Below, piece by piece: positions 9,172 through 18,624 of a stretch of 64,000 nt of DNA. The translations under genes and the position numbers were made by a program. Every line of letters begins with the position of its first letter. The first letter of the stretch is position 1. Below the pieces are notes generated by a model. The model saw only the letters and a program-made list of their open reading frames with translations, was not told the DNA's origin and did no database searches. Source of the DNA: Bacteroidota bacterium (GTDB lineage: Bacteria; Bacteroidota; Bacteroidia; Chitinophagales; Chitinophagaceae); the NCBI GenBank assembly GCA_018267925.1, contig JAFDXO010000171.1:1084-65083 (forward strand). Reading direction: 5' to 3'.

Positions 9172-11352
9172 TTATTTCGTTTTCACTATCATTTCTTTTT
9201 GAATTGGAGCTTTCTGACTTAAAGTATTTGATTTGGTTCCAAATAAGTGACCTAAAGTGGGTGCAATAACTAATGCTACAATAGACATCAATTTGATTAA
9301 GATGTTCATTGAAGGTCCGGATGTATCTTTAAAAGGATCACCCACCGTATCTCCAGTTACCGATGCTTTATGTGGTTCTGATTTTTTGTAGTAAATCTCA
9401 CCATTAATTTCTACACCTTTTTCAAAAGATTTTTTTGCATTATCCCAAGCACCGCCAGCATTGTTTTGAAACATTCCCATCAAAACACCACTAACGGTTG
9501 CGCCCGCAAGCATTCCACCTAAAGCTTCCGGCCCCATCAGAAAGCCAACGAGCAAAGGCGAAACTAAGGCGATAGCACCCGGTAAAACCATTTTAGCAAT
9601 AGAAGCTTGGGTTGAAATAGCCACACATTTTTCATACTCGGGCTTCCCTTTTCCTTCCATGATACCGGGAATTTCACGAAATTGACGACGAACCTCTTCC
9701 ACCATACTCATAGCAGCCTCGCCAACCGCACGAATGGCAAGAGAAGAAAAGATAAATGGAATCATGCCACCTAAAAATAGGGCAGCGAGGACTTGTGCTT
9801 TGTAAATGTCAATTCCTTGAATGCCGGCAACACCCACATAAGCAGCAAATAATGCTAAGGCAGTAAGTGCAGCCGATGCTATGGCAAATCCCTTACCCGT
9901 AGCGGCAGTTGTATTTCCTACGGCATCTAAAGTGTCTGTTTTTTCGCGTACATCTTTGGGTAGTTCACTCATTTCTGCAATCCCGCCTGCATTGTCGGCA
10001 ATAGGACCAAATGCATCAATAGCAAGCTGCATCGCAGTAGTAGCCATCATGCCTGCTGCGGCAATAGCTACACCATACAAGCCGGCAACATGATAAGATC
10101 CATAGATGCCACCAGCCAATACTAAAATAGGAAGAAATGTACTTTCCATTCCTACAGCTAAGCCGCCAATTACGTTAGTTGCATGACCTGTTGCAGATTG
10201 ACGAACAATAGACATCACCGGACGCTTACCCATGGCTGTATAGTATTCCGTGATGATACTCATCAGTGTACCTACGATTAAACCAATAATAATGGCATAA
10301 AACACATCCATTTTAGTAAAATCAAAACCACGTAAGGTCATGGACTCGGGTAGTATATAATTGCAAAGAAAATATGCAGAAATAGCAGTTAAAATAATAG
10401 ATCCCCAATTACCCATATTTAAAGCCTTTTGAACAGCGGATGTACTTACACCAACACTGTCCGAAACACGCACTAACCAAGTACCGATAATTGAAAAAAT
10501 GATACCTGTTCCGGCAATCAGCATGGGCAATAATATAGGAGCCATTCCACCAAAGTTATCCGACGAAATGGTTTCACGTCCTAACACCATTGTTGCTAAT
10601 ACCGTTGCTACATAAGAGCCGAAAAGGTCGGCACCCATACCGGCAACATCGCCCACATTGTCGCCCACATTATCTGCAATAGTTGCAGGATTGCGTGGAT
10701 CATCTTCCGGAATACCGGCTTCTACTTTACCTACTAAATCAGCACCCACATCCGCAGCCTTGGTATATATTCCACCACCTACGCGAGCAAATAAGGCAAT
10801 ACTTTCAGCACCGAGAGAAAAACCGGTTAATACTTCAATCGTTCTGGCCATTTCAGCACTATCTACAGCGGCTTCGGGAGCAAAAATCATTTTTAAAATG
10901 ATAAACAATCCACCTAAACCAAGCACTGCTAAGCCCGCAACGCCTAAACCCATAACAGCACCACCACCAAAAGAAACAGCTAATGCTTTACTAAGGCTTG
11001 TACGTGCGGCATTGGCCGTGCGAACATTTGCTTTGGTTGCAATTCGCATGCCTATAAAACCAGCTAATGCACTAAATACGGCTCCTACAATAAATGCAAT
11101 TGCAATTGACCAATGACTTTCAGCATTGCTATATCCCATAAACCCTAACAAAAGAGCTGCAATGACTACATAGTAACTCAAAATTTTGTACTCAGCTTTT
11201 AGAAAGGCCATAGCACCTTCGGCTATGTACTTTGCTATTTCTTTCATTCGGTCGTTTCCGGGGTCTTGTTTGCTAACCCACGAACCCTTGATCATCGTGT
11301 ACACCAAAGCTAATAAGCCAAATGCAGGCACGAGGTAAAAAATAGATTTCAT
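9172..11352 (-). CDS. hppA: membrane-bound proton-translocating pyrophosphatase
   Basis: A ~726-aa polytopic protein with [19 protein letters not shown] and [17 protein letters not shown] motifs. The first ATG is at 11352. The TTG at 11382 lies inside the predicted -7 box. Confidence 0.95.
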   Translation of the reverse strand: MKSIFYLVPAFGLLALVYTMIKGSWVSKQDPGNDRMKEIAKYIAEGAMAFLKAEYKILSYYVVIAALLLGFMGYSNAESHWSIAIAFIVGAVFSALAGFIGMRIATKANVRTANAARTSLSKALAVSFGGGAVMGLGVAGLAVLGLGGLFIILKMIFAPEAAVDSAEMARTIEVLTGFSLGAESIALFARVGGGIYTKAADVGADLVGKVEAGIPEDDPRNPATIADNVGDNVGDVAGMGADLFGSYVATVLATMVLGRETISSDNFGGMAPILLPMLIAGTGIIFSIIGTWLVRVSDSVGVSTSAVQKALNMGNWGSIILTAISAYFLCNYILPESMTLRGFDFTKMDVFYAIIIGLIVGTLMSIITEYYTAMGKRPVMSIVRQSATGHATNVIGGLAVGMESTFLPILVLAGGIYGSYHVAGLYGVAIAAAGMMATTAMQLAIDAFGPIADNAGGIAEMSELPKDVREKTDTLDAVGNTTAATGKGFAIASAALTALALFAAYVGVAGIQGIDIYKAQVLAALFLGGMIPFIFSSLAIRAVGEAAMSMVEEVRRQFREIPGIMEGKGKPEYEKCVAISTQASIAKMVLPGAIALVSPLLVGFLMGPEALGGMLAGATVSGVLMGMFQNNAGGAWDNAKKSFEKGVEINGEIYYKKSEPHKASVTGDTVGDPFKDTSGPSMNILIKLMSIVALVIAPTLGHLFGTKSNTLSQKAPIQKEMIVKTK

Positions 11353-11379
11353 GTATTTATTATCTGTTAAAAAGTGGCG

Positions 11380-11387
11380 CAAAGATA
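11380..11387 (-). promoter_or_regulatory. candidate -7 promoter box (TATCTTTG on minus strand) for hppA
   Basis: Exact TAnnTTTG match about 28 nt upstream of ATG 11352. Confidence 0.35.
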
Positions 11388-11575
11388 GCAGATTACACCA
11401 AAAAACATAGAGCTGAAAAGAAGAAGCCTTAGGGAGTAAAAAATTATCCCAGTTTATTGTGTATAGGGTTAAATATCAAACCTGATTTTGAAATAGGAAT
11501 CCCAGAGTTTTATTATTGATGTTTTATGAAACAATCAAGAAAACAGATACCTTTTTTATTCCTACATGAATGTAC

Positions 11576-11857
11576 TTATTTTACAACCAGATCACTCACC
11601 ACTCTTTCTCCAAAATATTCATTGATTCGCTCTATAAGTTGCTGTTTCCCGAAATGAAGCTCTTGTTTGAGAGCGGCAATATCCGTATAGATAATAATAG
11701 TTTCCCCATTTAGAAGTACATTTCGAGTATATTTAGCGATGGTTTTACCTACTATTTGCTCCCATTCCTGTTGTATTCTAAGCCCATGAATTTTAGGCTT
11801 CCATTTCGATTTTTCAATCAATAAGTTTAGTGCTTCACCTATACTGTAGGATCCCAT
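11576..11857 (-). CDS. DUF721 (DciA-like) domain protein
   Basis: A 93-aa ORF with the W..IVG..IA..T......G.L.I......L..EL pattern typical of DUF721. Confidence 0.6.
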   Translation of the reverse strand: MGSYSIGEALNLLIEKSKWKPKIHGLRIQQEWEQIVGKTIAKYTRNVLLNGETIIIYTDIAALKQELHFGKQQLIERINEYFGERVVSDLVVK

Positions 11858-11875
11858 TTGGTGCAGTTTTTTTAT

Positions 11876-12166
11876 TTAATCAATGGAGATGCTGATTTTT
11901 TTCCCAAGTCCATCTTCAAAAATACGATAGAGTGTGGACAATTGAATATCGCTTTTGCCATTCTCAATACGTGATATATATGCTTTTTGGGTTCCCAATC
12001 GAACGGCTAATTGCTCTTGGGTTAAGCCTGCTTCCTTTCTGGCATCTCGTAGCATTACGCCAACGGCAAAAATGGTAGCCTTGCCTTCATATTCGTTTCG
12101 CTTGGGCGTACCCGGTTCGCCATATTTAAGGTCTAAAAGCTCTTCGTAGGTTTTTTGGTGGCGCAT
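11876..12166 (-). CDS. XRE-family helix-turn-helix transcriptional regulator (HigA-like architecture)
   Basis: GLTQEQLAVRLGTQKAYISRIENGKSDIQLSTL forms the HTH core. The YGEPGTPKRNEYE N-terminal motif is common in Bacteroidota HigA-like proteins. The first ATG is at 12166, and a TAAATTTG box lies at 12203-12210 on the minus strand. Confidence 0.8.
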   Translation of the reverse strand: MRHQKTYEELLDLKYGEPGTPKRNEYEGKATIFAVGVMLRDARKEAGLTQEQLAVRLGTQKAYISRIENGKSDIQLSTLYRIFEDGLGKKISISID

Positions 12167-12319
12167 GTTTGAAAAACAAAAAAACAAATCAATTCGATGT
12201 TGCAAATTTAAGGGAAGTAAGCTTTATGTAGATAACTAATTAGTTTACAAATTCCATAAATAGTTGATTATCAATAATAAAATTTTTTTTCAAAAAAAGT
12301 TTGATGTTTGTTTCCGATG

Positions 12320-12327
12320 TATCTTTG
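12320..12327 (+). promoter_or_regulatory. candidate -7 promoter box (TATCTTTG) for rpsO
   Basis: Exact TAnnTTTG match 33 nt upstream of the rpsO ATG at 12360. Confidence 0.4.
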
Positions 12328-12359
12328 CACTCTCAAAAAAACAGAAAATAAGTTTTACA

Positions 12360-12632
12360 ATGTCGCATTTATCTGCTGAACAAAAGAAAAGCATTTACAC
12401 TACATTTGGTGGCAATGAAAAAAATACAGGTTCTATCGAAGCGCAAATTGCACAGATGACAGAGCGTATTAATCACATTTCTAACCACCTTCAAAAAAAT
12501 AAAAAAGATTTTTCAACTCATCGCGGGTTGATGCAATTGGTAGGTCGTAGAAAGCGTTTATTACAATATATGAGCCGTACGAACCTTACCGGATATCGCG
12601 CCCTGATAGAAAAATTAGGTCTGCGTAAGTAA
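12360..12632 (+). CDS. rpsO: 30S ribosomal protein S15
   Basis: MSHLSAEQKK...GS.E.QIA..T.RI..I..HL..NKKD..S.RGL..LVG.R..LL.Y is canonical S15. I take the internal ATG at 12360 because the promoter box lies inside the longer ORF. Confidence 0.95.
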   Translation: MSHLSAEQKKSIYTTFGGNEKNTGSIEAQIAQMTERINHISNHLQKNKKDFSTHRGLMQLVGRRKRLLQYMSRTNLTGYRALIEKLGLRK

Positions 12633-12650
12633 GCTACCAAAAAAGTTACG

Positions 12651-12684
12651 CTATTCCCAACTCATTCGGTTGGGAATAGTTTTA
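12651..12684 (+). terminator. hairpin plus short T-run between rpsO and pnp (terminator/attenuator or processing site)
   Basis: ctattcccaac / gttgggaatag forms an 11-bp stem with a 7-nt loop (tcattcg), followed by TTTTA. It lies 25 nt upstream of the pnp ATG. Confidence 0.5.
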
Positions 12685-12708
12685 TGTTCATGATGCAAAA
12701 ATAATTTT

Positions 12709-15069
12709 ATGATTCCCAATCCAATTTCCGTTTCGTTTAAGCTTAACGATGGACGAGAAATAATGATTGAAACGGGAAAACTTGCTCGCCAAGCTGATGG
12801 TGCTGCCGTAGTGCGTATGGGTAACTGTATGCTCCTTGCTACGGTGGTGGCTAATTCTGAGCCTAAACCCGGACAATCTTTCTTTCCGCTGACTGTTGAT
12901 TACCAAGAAAAATTTGCTTCTGCCGGACGAATTCCCGGCTCATTTTTTAAGCGAGAAGGTCGGTTGAGCGACTATGAAGTGTTGATTTCGCGTTTAATAG
13001 ATCGTGCTTTACGTCCCTTGTTTCCGGAAGATTATTTCTGTGATGTACAAGTAATTGTTACTCTTATTTCTTCTGATCCGGAAGTAATGCCGGATTCATT
13101 AGCTTGTTTGGCCGCATCGGCTGCTTTGGCTGTTTCTGATGTTCCTATTCAGGAAATAATTTCTGAAGTGCGGGTTGCTCGAATCAATGGCGAATATCGC
13201 ATTAATCCTACGCGAACTGAAATGAAAGACGCGGATATGGATTTCATTATTGCCGCTACCGACAAAAATATTATGATGGTAGAAGGCGAAGCGAAAGAAT
13301 GCCAAGAAGAAGATTTGATCAAAACAATTGAATTGGCACATGAGGCAATACGTGTTCAAATTCAAGCTCAACAACAACTTCGAGATAAAAAAGGTATTAC
13401 TGAAAAACGTGCTTATGCTAAGCCTTCTGTTAATCAAGAATTAGAAAAGAAAGTAGAGGCATTTTCTGCGGCTCGCATGTTGGAAATTTCTCGTAGTGCT
13501 TCTGCAAAACACGAACGTACCGAAGCTTTCAAGCAATTGTTTGCTGATTTAGAAGCACATATTATTTCTACTTATCCTGAAGAAGCCGGAATGCCCGAAG
13601 AGGATAAGAAATTGATGAAGAAATATTTTGAGGATCTTCAATACTATTCTGTCCGCAATATGATTCTTGACGAGAGTCGTCGTCTGGATGGTCGTGGCTT
13701 GGAGGATGTAAGACCACTGACTATGGAAGTTGACTTGTTGCCTTCACCTCATGGTTCGGCACTTTTCACGCGCGGAGAAACACAATCATTGACAACCGTT
13801 ACATTAGGAACAACTGATGATGAGTTGTTGCAAGAAAGTGCTGCTACCTCAGAATATGCCAAGTTTATTTTGCACTATAATTTTCCACCATTTTCAACCG
13901 GAGAAGTAAAATTTCTTCGTGCACCCGGTCGTAGAGAAGTAGGGCATGGAAATTTAGCTATGCGCTCATTGAAGCAGATGATGCCATCTGAAACGAATTT
14001 TCCATATACCGTTCGGGTTGTTTCAGATATTTTGGAATCAAATGGTTCTTCATCTATGGCCACGGTTTGTGCCGGTTCGCTTGCTTTGATGGATGCCGGT
14101 ATTCTTTTTCCCAAACACGTAGGTGGTGTAGCTATGGGACTCATTTCTCGTAGCAGCGATAAAAAATGGGCTGTGTTGACAGATATTCTTGGTGATGAGG
14201 ATCACCTTGGAGATATGGACTTTAAAGTTACCGGAACCCGTGATGGAATTTGCGGAATTCAAATGGATATTAAGGTGGATGGTTTGAGTATGGATATTAT
14301 GCGTCAAGCATTAGCTCAGGCTCGTCGTGGACGAATGCATATTTTGGATGCCATGTATCAATGTATGCCAGAACATCGAGTGGAACTAAAACCACATGCG
14401 CCACGCATCGAACAAATAGAGATTGACCGCGAATTTATAGGTGCTGTGATAGGACCGGGCGGAAAAATAATCCAGGAAATGCAACGTGAAACTGGCACTA
14501 CTATTAATATTGAAGAAGTGGGAGAATTGGGCATTATTAAAATTTTCTCTTCCAATAAAGATAGTATCGAACGGGCTAAAGCTAAAATAAAAGGAATTGT
14601 TGCCGTACCTGAAATTGGAGAAACCTACGAAGGTACCGTAAAAAGCATTGTTCCATTTGGTGCTTTCATAGAATTTTTGCCCGGGAAACAAGGATTGTTG
14701 CATATTTCTGAAGTAAGCTGGAAAAGACTTGATTCGTTGGAAGGCGTTATGAAGGAAGGCGATACGGTTAAAATTAAATTGGTGGGTACCGATCCTAAAA
14801 CCGGAAAGCTTCGCTTGAGTAGAAAAGTGTTGATGCCCAAACCGGAAGGATATGTAGAGCCTGAAAAAAAAGAACGTCGTGAAGGTGGTGATAGAGATCG
14901 TAGAGGCGGAAGTGATCGCCGTAACAGTGGTGGCGATCGTCGTTCTGGTGGTGATCGTCGCGACCGCAACGAACATTCACAGGGTGAAACAACCTCTGCT
15001 ACTCAACATATTACAGGACAAGAACAAACCAATTCATCTAAAGCAGATGATGCAGATTTGATGCTTTGA
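12709..15069 (+). CDS. pnp: polyribonucleotide nucleotidyltransferase (PNPase) with Arg/Gly/Asp-rich C-terminal tail
   Basis: Two RNase PH domains, KH (IGAVIGPGGK) and S1 (GETYEGTVKSIVPFGAFIEF). An ~80-aa extra tail contains GGDRR-type repeats. Confidence 0.95.
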   Translation: MIPNPISVSFKLNDGREIMIETGKLARQADGAAVVRMGNCMLLATVVANSEPKPGQSFFPLTVDYQEKFASAGRIPGSFFKREGRLSDYEVLISRLIDRALRPLFPEDYFCDVQVIVTLISSDPEVMPDSLACLAASAALAVSDVPIQEIISEVRVARINGEYRINPTRTEMKDADMDFIIAATDKNIMMVEGEAKECQEEDLIKTIELAHEAIRVQIQAQQQLRDKKGITEKRAYAKPSVNQELEKKVEAFSAARMLEISRSASAKHERTEAFKQLFADLEAHIISTYPEEAGMPEEDKKLMKKYFEDLQYYSVRNMILDESRRLDGRGLEDVRPLTMEVDLLPSPHGSALFTRGETQSLTTVTLGTTDDELLQESAATSEYAKFILHYNFPPFSTGEVKFLRAPGRREVGHGNLAMRSLKQMMPSETNFPYTVRVVSDILESNGSSSMATVCAGSLALMDAGILFPKHVGGVAMGLISRSSDKKWAVLTDILGDEDHLGDMDFKVTGTRDGICGIQMDIKVDGLSMDIMRQALAQARRGRMHILDAMYQCMPEHRVELKPHAPRIEQIEIDREFIGAVIGPGGKIIQEMQRETGTTINIEEVGELGIIKIFSSNKDSIERAKAKIKGIVAVPEIGETYEGTVKSIVPFGAFIEFLPGKQGLLHISEVSWKRLDSLEGVMKEGDTVKIKLVGTDPKTGKLRLSRKVLMPKPEGYVEPEKKERREGGDRDRRGGSDRRNSGGDRRSGGDRRDRNEHSQGETTSATQHITGQEQTNSSKADDADLML

Positions 15070-15100
15070 TTGATTAATTAAGTTTGATGTTTTTTTTTAA

Positions 15101-15132
15101 CAGTCCATTCCAATTGAATGGACTGTTTTTTT
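15101..15132 (+). terminator. rho-independent terminator of pnp
   Basis: cagtccatt / aatggactg forms a 9-bp stem with a 7-nt loop (ccaattg), followed by 7 T. Confidence 0.7.
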
Positions 15133-15272
15133 GTGTAATTCATGAAAAATGAATTCAGCGTTGTTAAATACTATTTAATTAGTGGGTCGGAAACCTTAAT
15201 GAAAAGACATATCAGTGGCAGTGCTGACATAGGTACACTGTACATTCACTGAAAGGAAGGTAGGCAAGGTGT

Positions 15273-16352
15273 TTAAGCTTTTATTTCCTGAATCAAATCT
15301 CGAGTGTGTGCGGCATTTAACCAAAAGCGTCCTTTAGGGTAGAAAAAGCGATTTACTTCAAAATTATATCCTAACAAACATTTATAGCGTTGCAATCTAA
15401 GTGCTTTGGATAACCAATAATAGTGTGTGTTCAAATGCCCGTCAGACATGATTTCTAGCACTTTACAACGAGGATTGCAATATACCAAATTAGCTAAAGC
15501 AGCACCATGAATGGCGGTAATAATTCCTGCTGACGAAAAGAGCGCAATTTGTTCTTCTATACTTTTACCTTCAAGCTCTACTATTTCAAAACCTTCTTCT
15601 TTCAAGATAGGCTCAATTTCCTGAAAGTTGGCAATGTGCCTTCCTGTTTTAGCCGGGCGATTAATAAAAATTTTACGATCGGGGTTAAACGGTTTTAAAT
15701 ATTGTTTGGTCAAAGATTGTGTAAACATCCAATGGTCATAATCATAAGGCATGGGCTGAAGCACATAAGCCAACTTTGTTTTGATGACTTCAAGGGGTTT
15801 TTGTACATACCAATTCATAGACGACACTTCGGGGAATTGCATAAAAAAACGAAACACCCTTGTCTTACTTACTAATTCACTGACCACTAAGGGAAGGGTT
15901 TTCAGATGTGGTGCTTTTTCCATCATGAGTCTGATTTTTGGAAAAATATCTGAATAAAAGTGAAAATAGTTTTCCGACCAAAAATGGTCAAATATAACGG
16001 CGGCATCCATTTGTGTTATGTATGAATGGCGTCTTCTGAACTTTTCGGGATATACACCATAGTGATCAAAAACCATACTTTCTTGAATAATCTGATTGTC
16101 TTCATCAACCAACAAGCCGGAGTAGGGGTCTATGGTCAAATTACCCTTTACTTCAAATATGTGTTCTTTATGTTCCCATTTTTTATTGTCGTGAATAAAA
16201 GATGCAATAGCAGCAGGTTCCAGATCTTTAGGATCATCATTAAAAAAAGGTTTTTCAATAGTATTTACGATGTCTTTACGGTTTGGAGCAGGTTTCTTTT
16301 TCCAAACATAAGGTGCCACCCAAAAGTTTATTTTTTCACGTAGGGAAGTCAT
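15273..16352 (-). CDS. glycosyltransferase, GT61/DUF563-like
   Basis: A 359-aa ORF with overall resemblance to DUF563 capsular glycosyltransferases (HFYSD..P, ...GAALANL). It is the last gene of the polysaccharide operon and shares a TAATG overlap with the upstream GT2 gene. Confidence 0.55.
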   Translation of the reverse strand: MTSLREKINFWVAPYVWKKKPAPNRKDIVNTIEKPFFNDDPKDLEPAAIASFIHDNKKWEHKEHIFEVKGNLTIDPYSGLLVDEDNQIIQESMVFDHYGVYPEKFRRRHSYITQMDAAVIFDHFWSENYFHFYSDIFPKIRLMMEKAPHLKTLPLVVSELVSKTRVFRFFMQFPEVSSMNWYVQKPLEVIKTKLAYVLQPMPYDYDHWMFTQSLTKQYLKPFNPDRKIFINRPAKTGRHIANFQEIEPILKEEGFEIVELEGKSIEEQIALFSSAGIITAIHGAALANLVYCNPRCKVLEIMSDGHLNTHYYWLSKALRLQRYKCLLGYNFEVNRFFYPKGRFWLNAAHTRDLIQEIKA

Positions 16353-17287
16353 TAGTTAAATAGTTTTCGGCGTAAATAATAAAATGCTGTTTTCAGTGTA
16401 GCCGGATTGGTTCGTTGCAAGTTGAAAGATAGATCCAGTAAAGATTTGGCTTGTTTTAAATCATTTTTATCAATGGCTTTAGCACACCACAAACGATATT
16501 TTTCTGCCATCAATTTTTTGTTGTTTAACAGTTGCTGCTCGAAAGAGCGCATTTCTTGTTCTTGGTTTTGTTCTAACCAATCAGTTCCGGTATTGCGTTG
16601 TTGGTCAATTAGTTTTTGAACAATTTCCATCACAATCAGTTTGCGTGGGTTGTTGAACACATTGGTGAGCGAATTGGGATTGATTCGATAGTTATACAAA
16701 ATATCTTTGATGAAGTAGATCGGATATTTTCGATTTACCCGTACTGCCCAATAATTATCATCCCCAAAAATGCCGGTAAAATATTCTGAAAACAAACCAA
16801 ACTCTCGAATCAATTCAGGGCGAAACATCAGACCCGGAAACCAAAACGGATAGTTGTCTTGAATTTTTGAAATTATAAAATCTTCTTTATAGGCGACGGA
16901 TTCCAATGGGCGATCGTTTAAATCTATTTGCTGAAAATTAGATCCACAAATTTTAATTTCCGGATGTTTTAAAAAGATTTCAACTTGTTTTTCTAACCTA
17001 TTGGGCGGACAAGTGTCGTCTGCATCAAGTTGGGTGAGTAAGTCGCCGGTATATAGTGTGAAAGCGTGGTTTTTGTTTTTAAGATAGCCTATGTTTTGAG
17101 GCTGAACATACAAGTGAATTCGATTGTCGGTTAAATAAGGCTTTATCTTACTTACGGTATCATCAGTAGAGGCATCATCACAAATAATAAGTTCCCATTG
17201 TTGGTGGGTTTGTGCCAGAATGCTTTGAATTGCTCTGTCTATAAATTCGCTTACATTGTAAGCACACATGATAATGCTGACCGTCAT
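16352..17287 (-). CDS. family 2 glycosyltransferase
   Basis: VSIIMCAYNVSEFIDRAIQSILAQT....ELIICDDASTDDT followed by a DADD motif. Confidence 0.9.
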   Translation of the reverse strand: MTVSIIMCAYNVSEFIDRAIQSILAQTHQQWELIICDDASTDDTVSKIKPYLTDNRIHLYVQPQNIGYLKNKNHAFTLYTGDLLTQLDADDTCPPNRLEKQVEIFLKHPEIKICGSNFQQIDLNDRPLESVAYKEDFIISKIQDNYPFWFPGLMFRPELIREFGLFSEYFTGIFGDDNYWAVRVNRKYPIYFIKDILYNYRINPNSLTNVFNNPRKLIVMEIVQKLIDQQRNTGTDWLEQNQEQEMRSFEQQLLNNKKLMAEKYRLWCAKAIDKNDLKQAKSLLDLSFNLQRTNPATLKTAFYYLRRKLFN

Positions 17288-17401
17288 TATTTTTTATTTA
17301 GCCCTTAGGCAAGGTTGCTTTTTAGTTTGGAGTGCAATGATCCACTTTTTTTATATTGTCATTCTGTTTTAATGCTGCATTAACAGGTTGTTTACCAAAA
17401 A

Positions 17402-18592
17402 TCAACCGATCAATGTCGTATCTACAATTATGTTTTCCAGATTCGAATAGAAAGATTGGGTATTGTAATTATTGATAGCTGTTTGAGCACGTTTCCCCAT
17501 TTCATAAACACGATGTGGATCGTTGTATGCCTCCAGTAGTTTTTCTTTAAGAGCTTCTACATTTCCTGTGCGAACAATCCATCCGGTTTCTCCTTCTTCT
17601 ACAACATCTTTTGCACCACAATGATCAGAGACAATAACAGCAATCTTGTTTTGCATAGCTTCATATACAGTTACTGGAGCACCATCTACAAGGCTGGGGC
17701 AGACAAACAATGATATTTCAGAAAAAAATTGAGGAACATTTGTTACTTTCCCATGAAAAATTATATGCTTTAAATGGGCGTAACGCTCACGGAAAAGATG
17801 CTGCATGTTTTTGTCCATCACTCCACCTATATGTAATTCCATGTTTAAGTCTTGACATTCTTCCCAAGCATCTAATAGTGTTTGAAGTCCTTTTAGCAAT
17901 ACAATATGAGCAAGAAAACCAATTTTCATGGTTGAGCCAAGCAAAGGTCTTTCTTTCGTGATGGAGATACTGTTGGGTTTTAAAATGCCCCTTGTCGCAA
18001 TTATCTTTTTTGCACAAGAGCTATTTTTGTAACTCTCTTCAAGGATAGATGTGTAGGCGATGATATAGTTAACTAAAGGAATAGACTTGTTGTAATAATT
18101 CAACCGTGGGCGATAGGTGTAGGCATCTATATCAGTAATGCCAAATTTTAAATTTTCAGACTGAACCAATCTTTCAATCCAATTGTCTTCAGGATTTCCC
18201 GGTATAAAATAGATGGGAATCCCCAATTTTTTTGCTTTTGAAAAAGTATGAAACAAGTAGGGTGTAGTTACTACTATTTTGGTCAGGTTATGATGAACAT
18301 GATGCTGACAAAATCTGTCGAAAAGTAATTCTTGAGCATATCGAGAAAGATATGAGGGTAGTTTCAGCGTTCTTTCAATTTTGTTTATTAAAAACAAATA
18401 GTAGCGAGATAATTTACTGACTGCTTTAGAAGGGAAAGGTGTTTCAAACTTGCCTTTAGATGAAACAATAAATGTGTCCAGTTTGCCCTTTGCAAAAAGT
18501 TGTTGTGCAAGGTTGTAGCCTACTTTAGCCATACCTGCACCACTGTTTGAGGTGAGAGATTGAAAAGAAATGATTAAAATATTTTCTTTCAT
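17402..18592 (-). CDS. family 4 (GT-B, GT1-domain) glycosyltransferase
   Basis: The C-terminal region FVCPSLVDGAPVTVYEAMQNKIAVIVSDHCGAKDVVEEGETGWIV matches the E..G....EAM..G.P motif. Confidence 0.85.
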   Translation of the reverse strand: MKENILIISFQSLTSNSGAGMAKVGYNLAQQLFAKGKLDTFIVSSKGKFETPFPSKAVSKLSRYYLFLINKIERTLKLPSYLSRYAQELLFDRFCQHHVHHNLTKIVVTTPYLFHTFSKAKKLGIPIYFIPGNPEDNWIERLVQSENLKFGITDIDAYTYRPRLNYYNKSIPLVNYIIAYTSILEESYKNSSCAKKIIATRGILKPNSISITKERPLLGSTMKIGFLAHIVLLKGLQTLLDAWEECQDLNMELHIGGVMDKNMQHLFRERYAHLKHIIFHGKVTNVPQFFSEISLFVCPSLVDGAPVTVYEAMQNKIAVIVSDHCGAKDVVEEGETGWIVRTGNVEALKEKLLEAYNDPHRVYEMGKRAQTAINNYNTQSFYSNLENIIVDTTLIG

Positions 18593-18624
18593 AGTGCCTT
18601 TTTTGCGTTGGTTGGCGAGGCAGG

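Noticed and set aside
11876-12166. HigA-like XRE gene as part of a toxin-antitoxin system
   Set aside because: No small toxin ORF is present on either side. The upstream side is the divergent rpsO promoter region, and the downstream gene is a DUF721 protein. I treat it as an orphan regulator.
12264-12359. N-terminal 32-aa extension of rpsO suggested by the ORF track
   Set aside because: The extension starts at a non-ATG codon and contains the predicted -7 promoter box (12320-12327). Canonical S15 begins at the ATG at 12360.
14358-14992. Stack of antisense and alternative-frame ORFs (65-196 aa) inside the 3' end of pnp
   Set aside because: They overlap a confidently identified PNPase reading frame. 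They are low-complexity translations of the GGDRR-encoding tandem repeat and its complement, so they are shadow ORFs.
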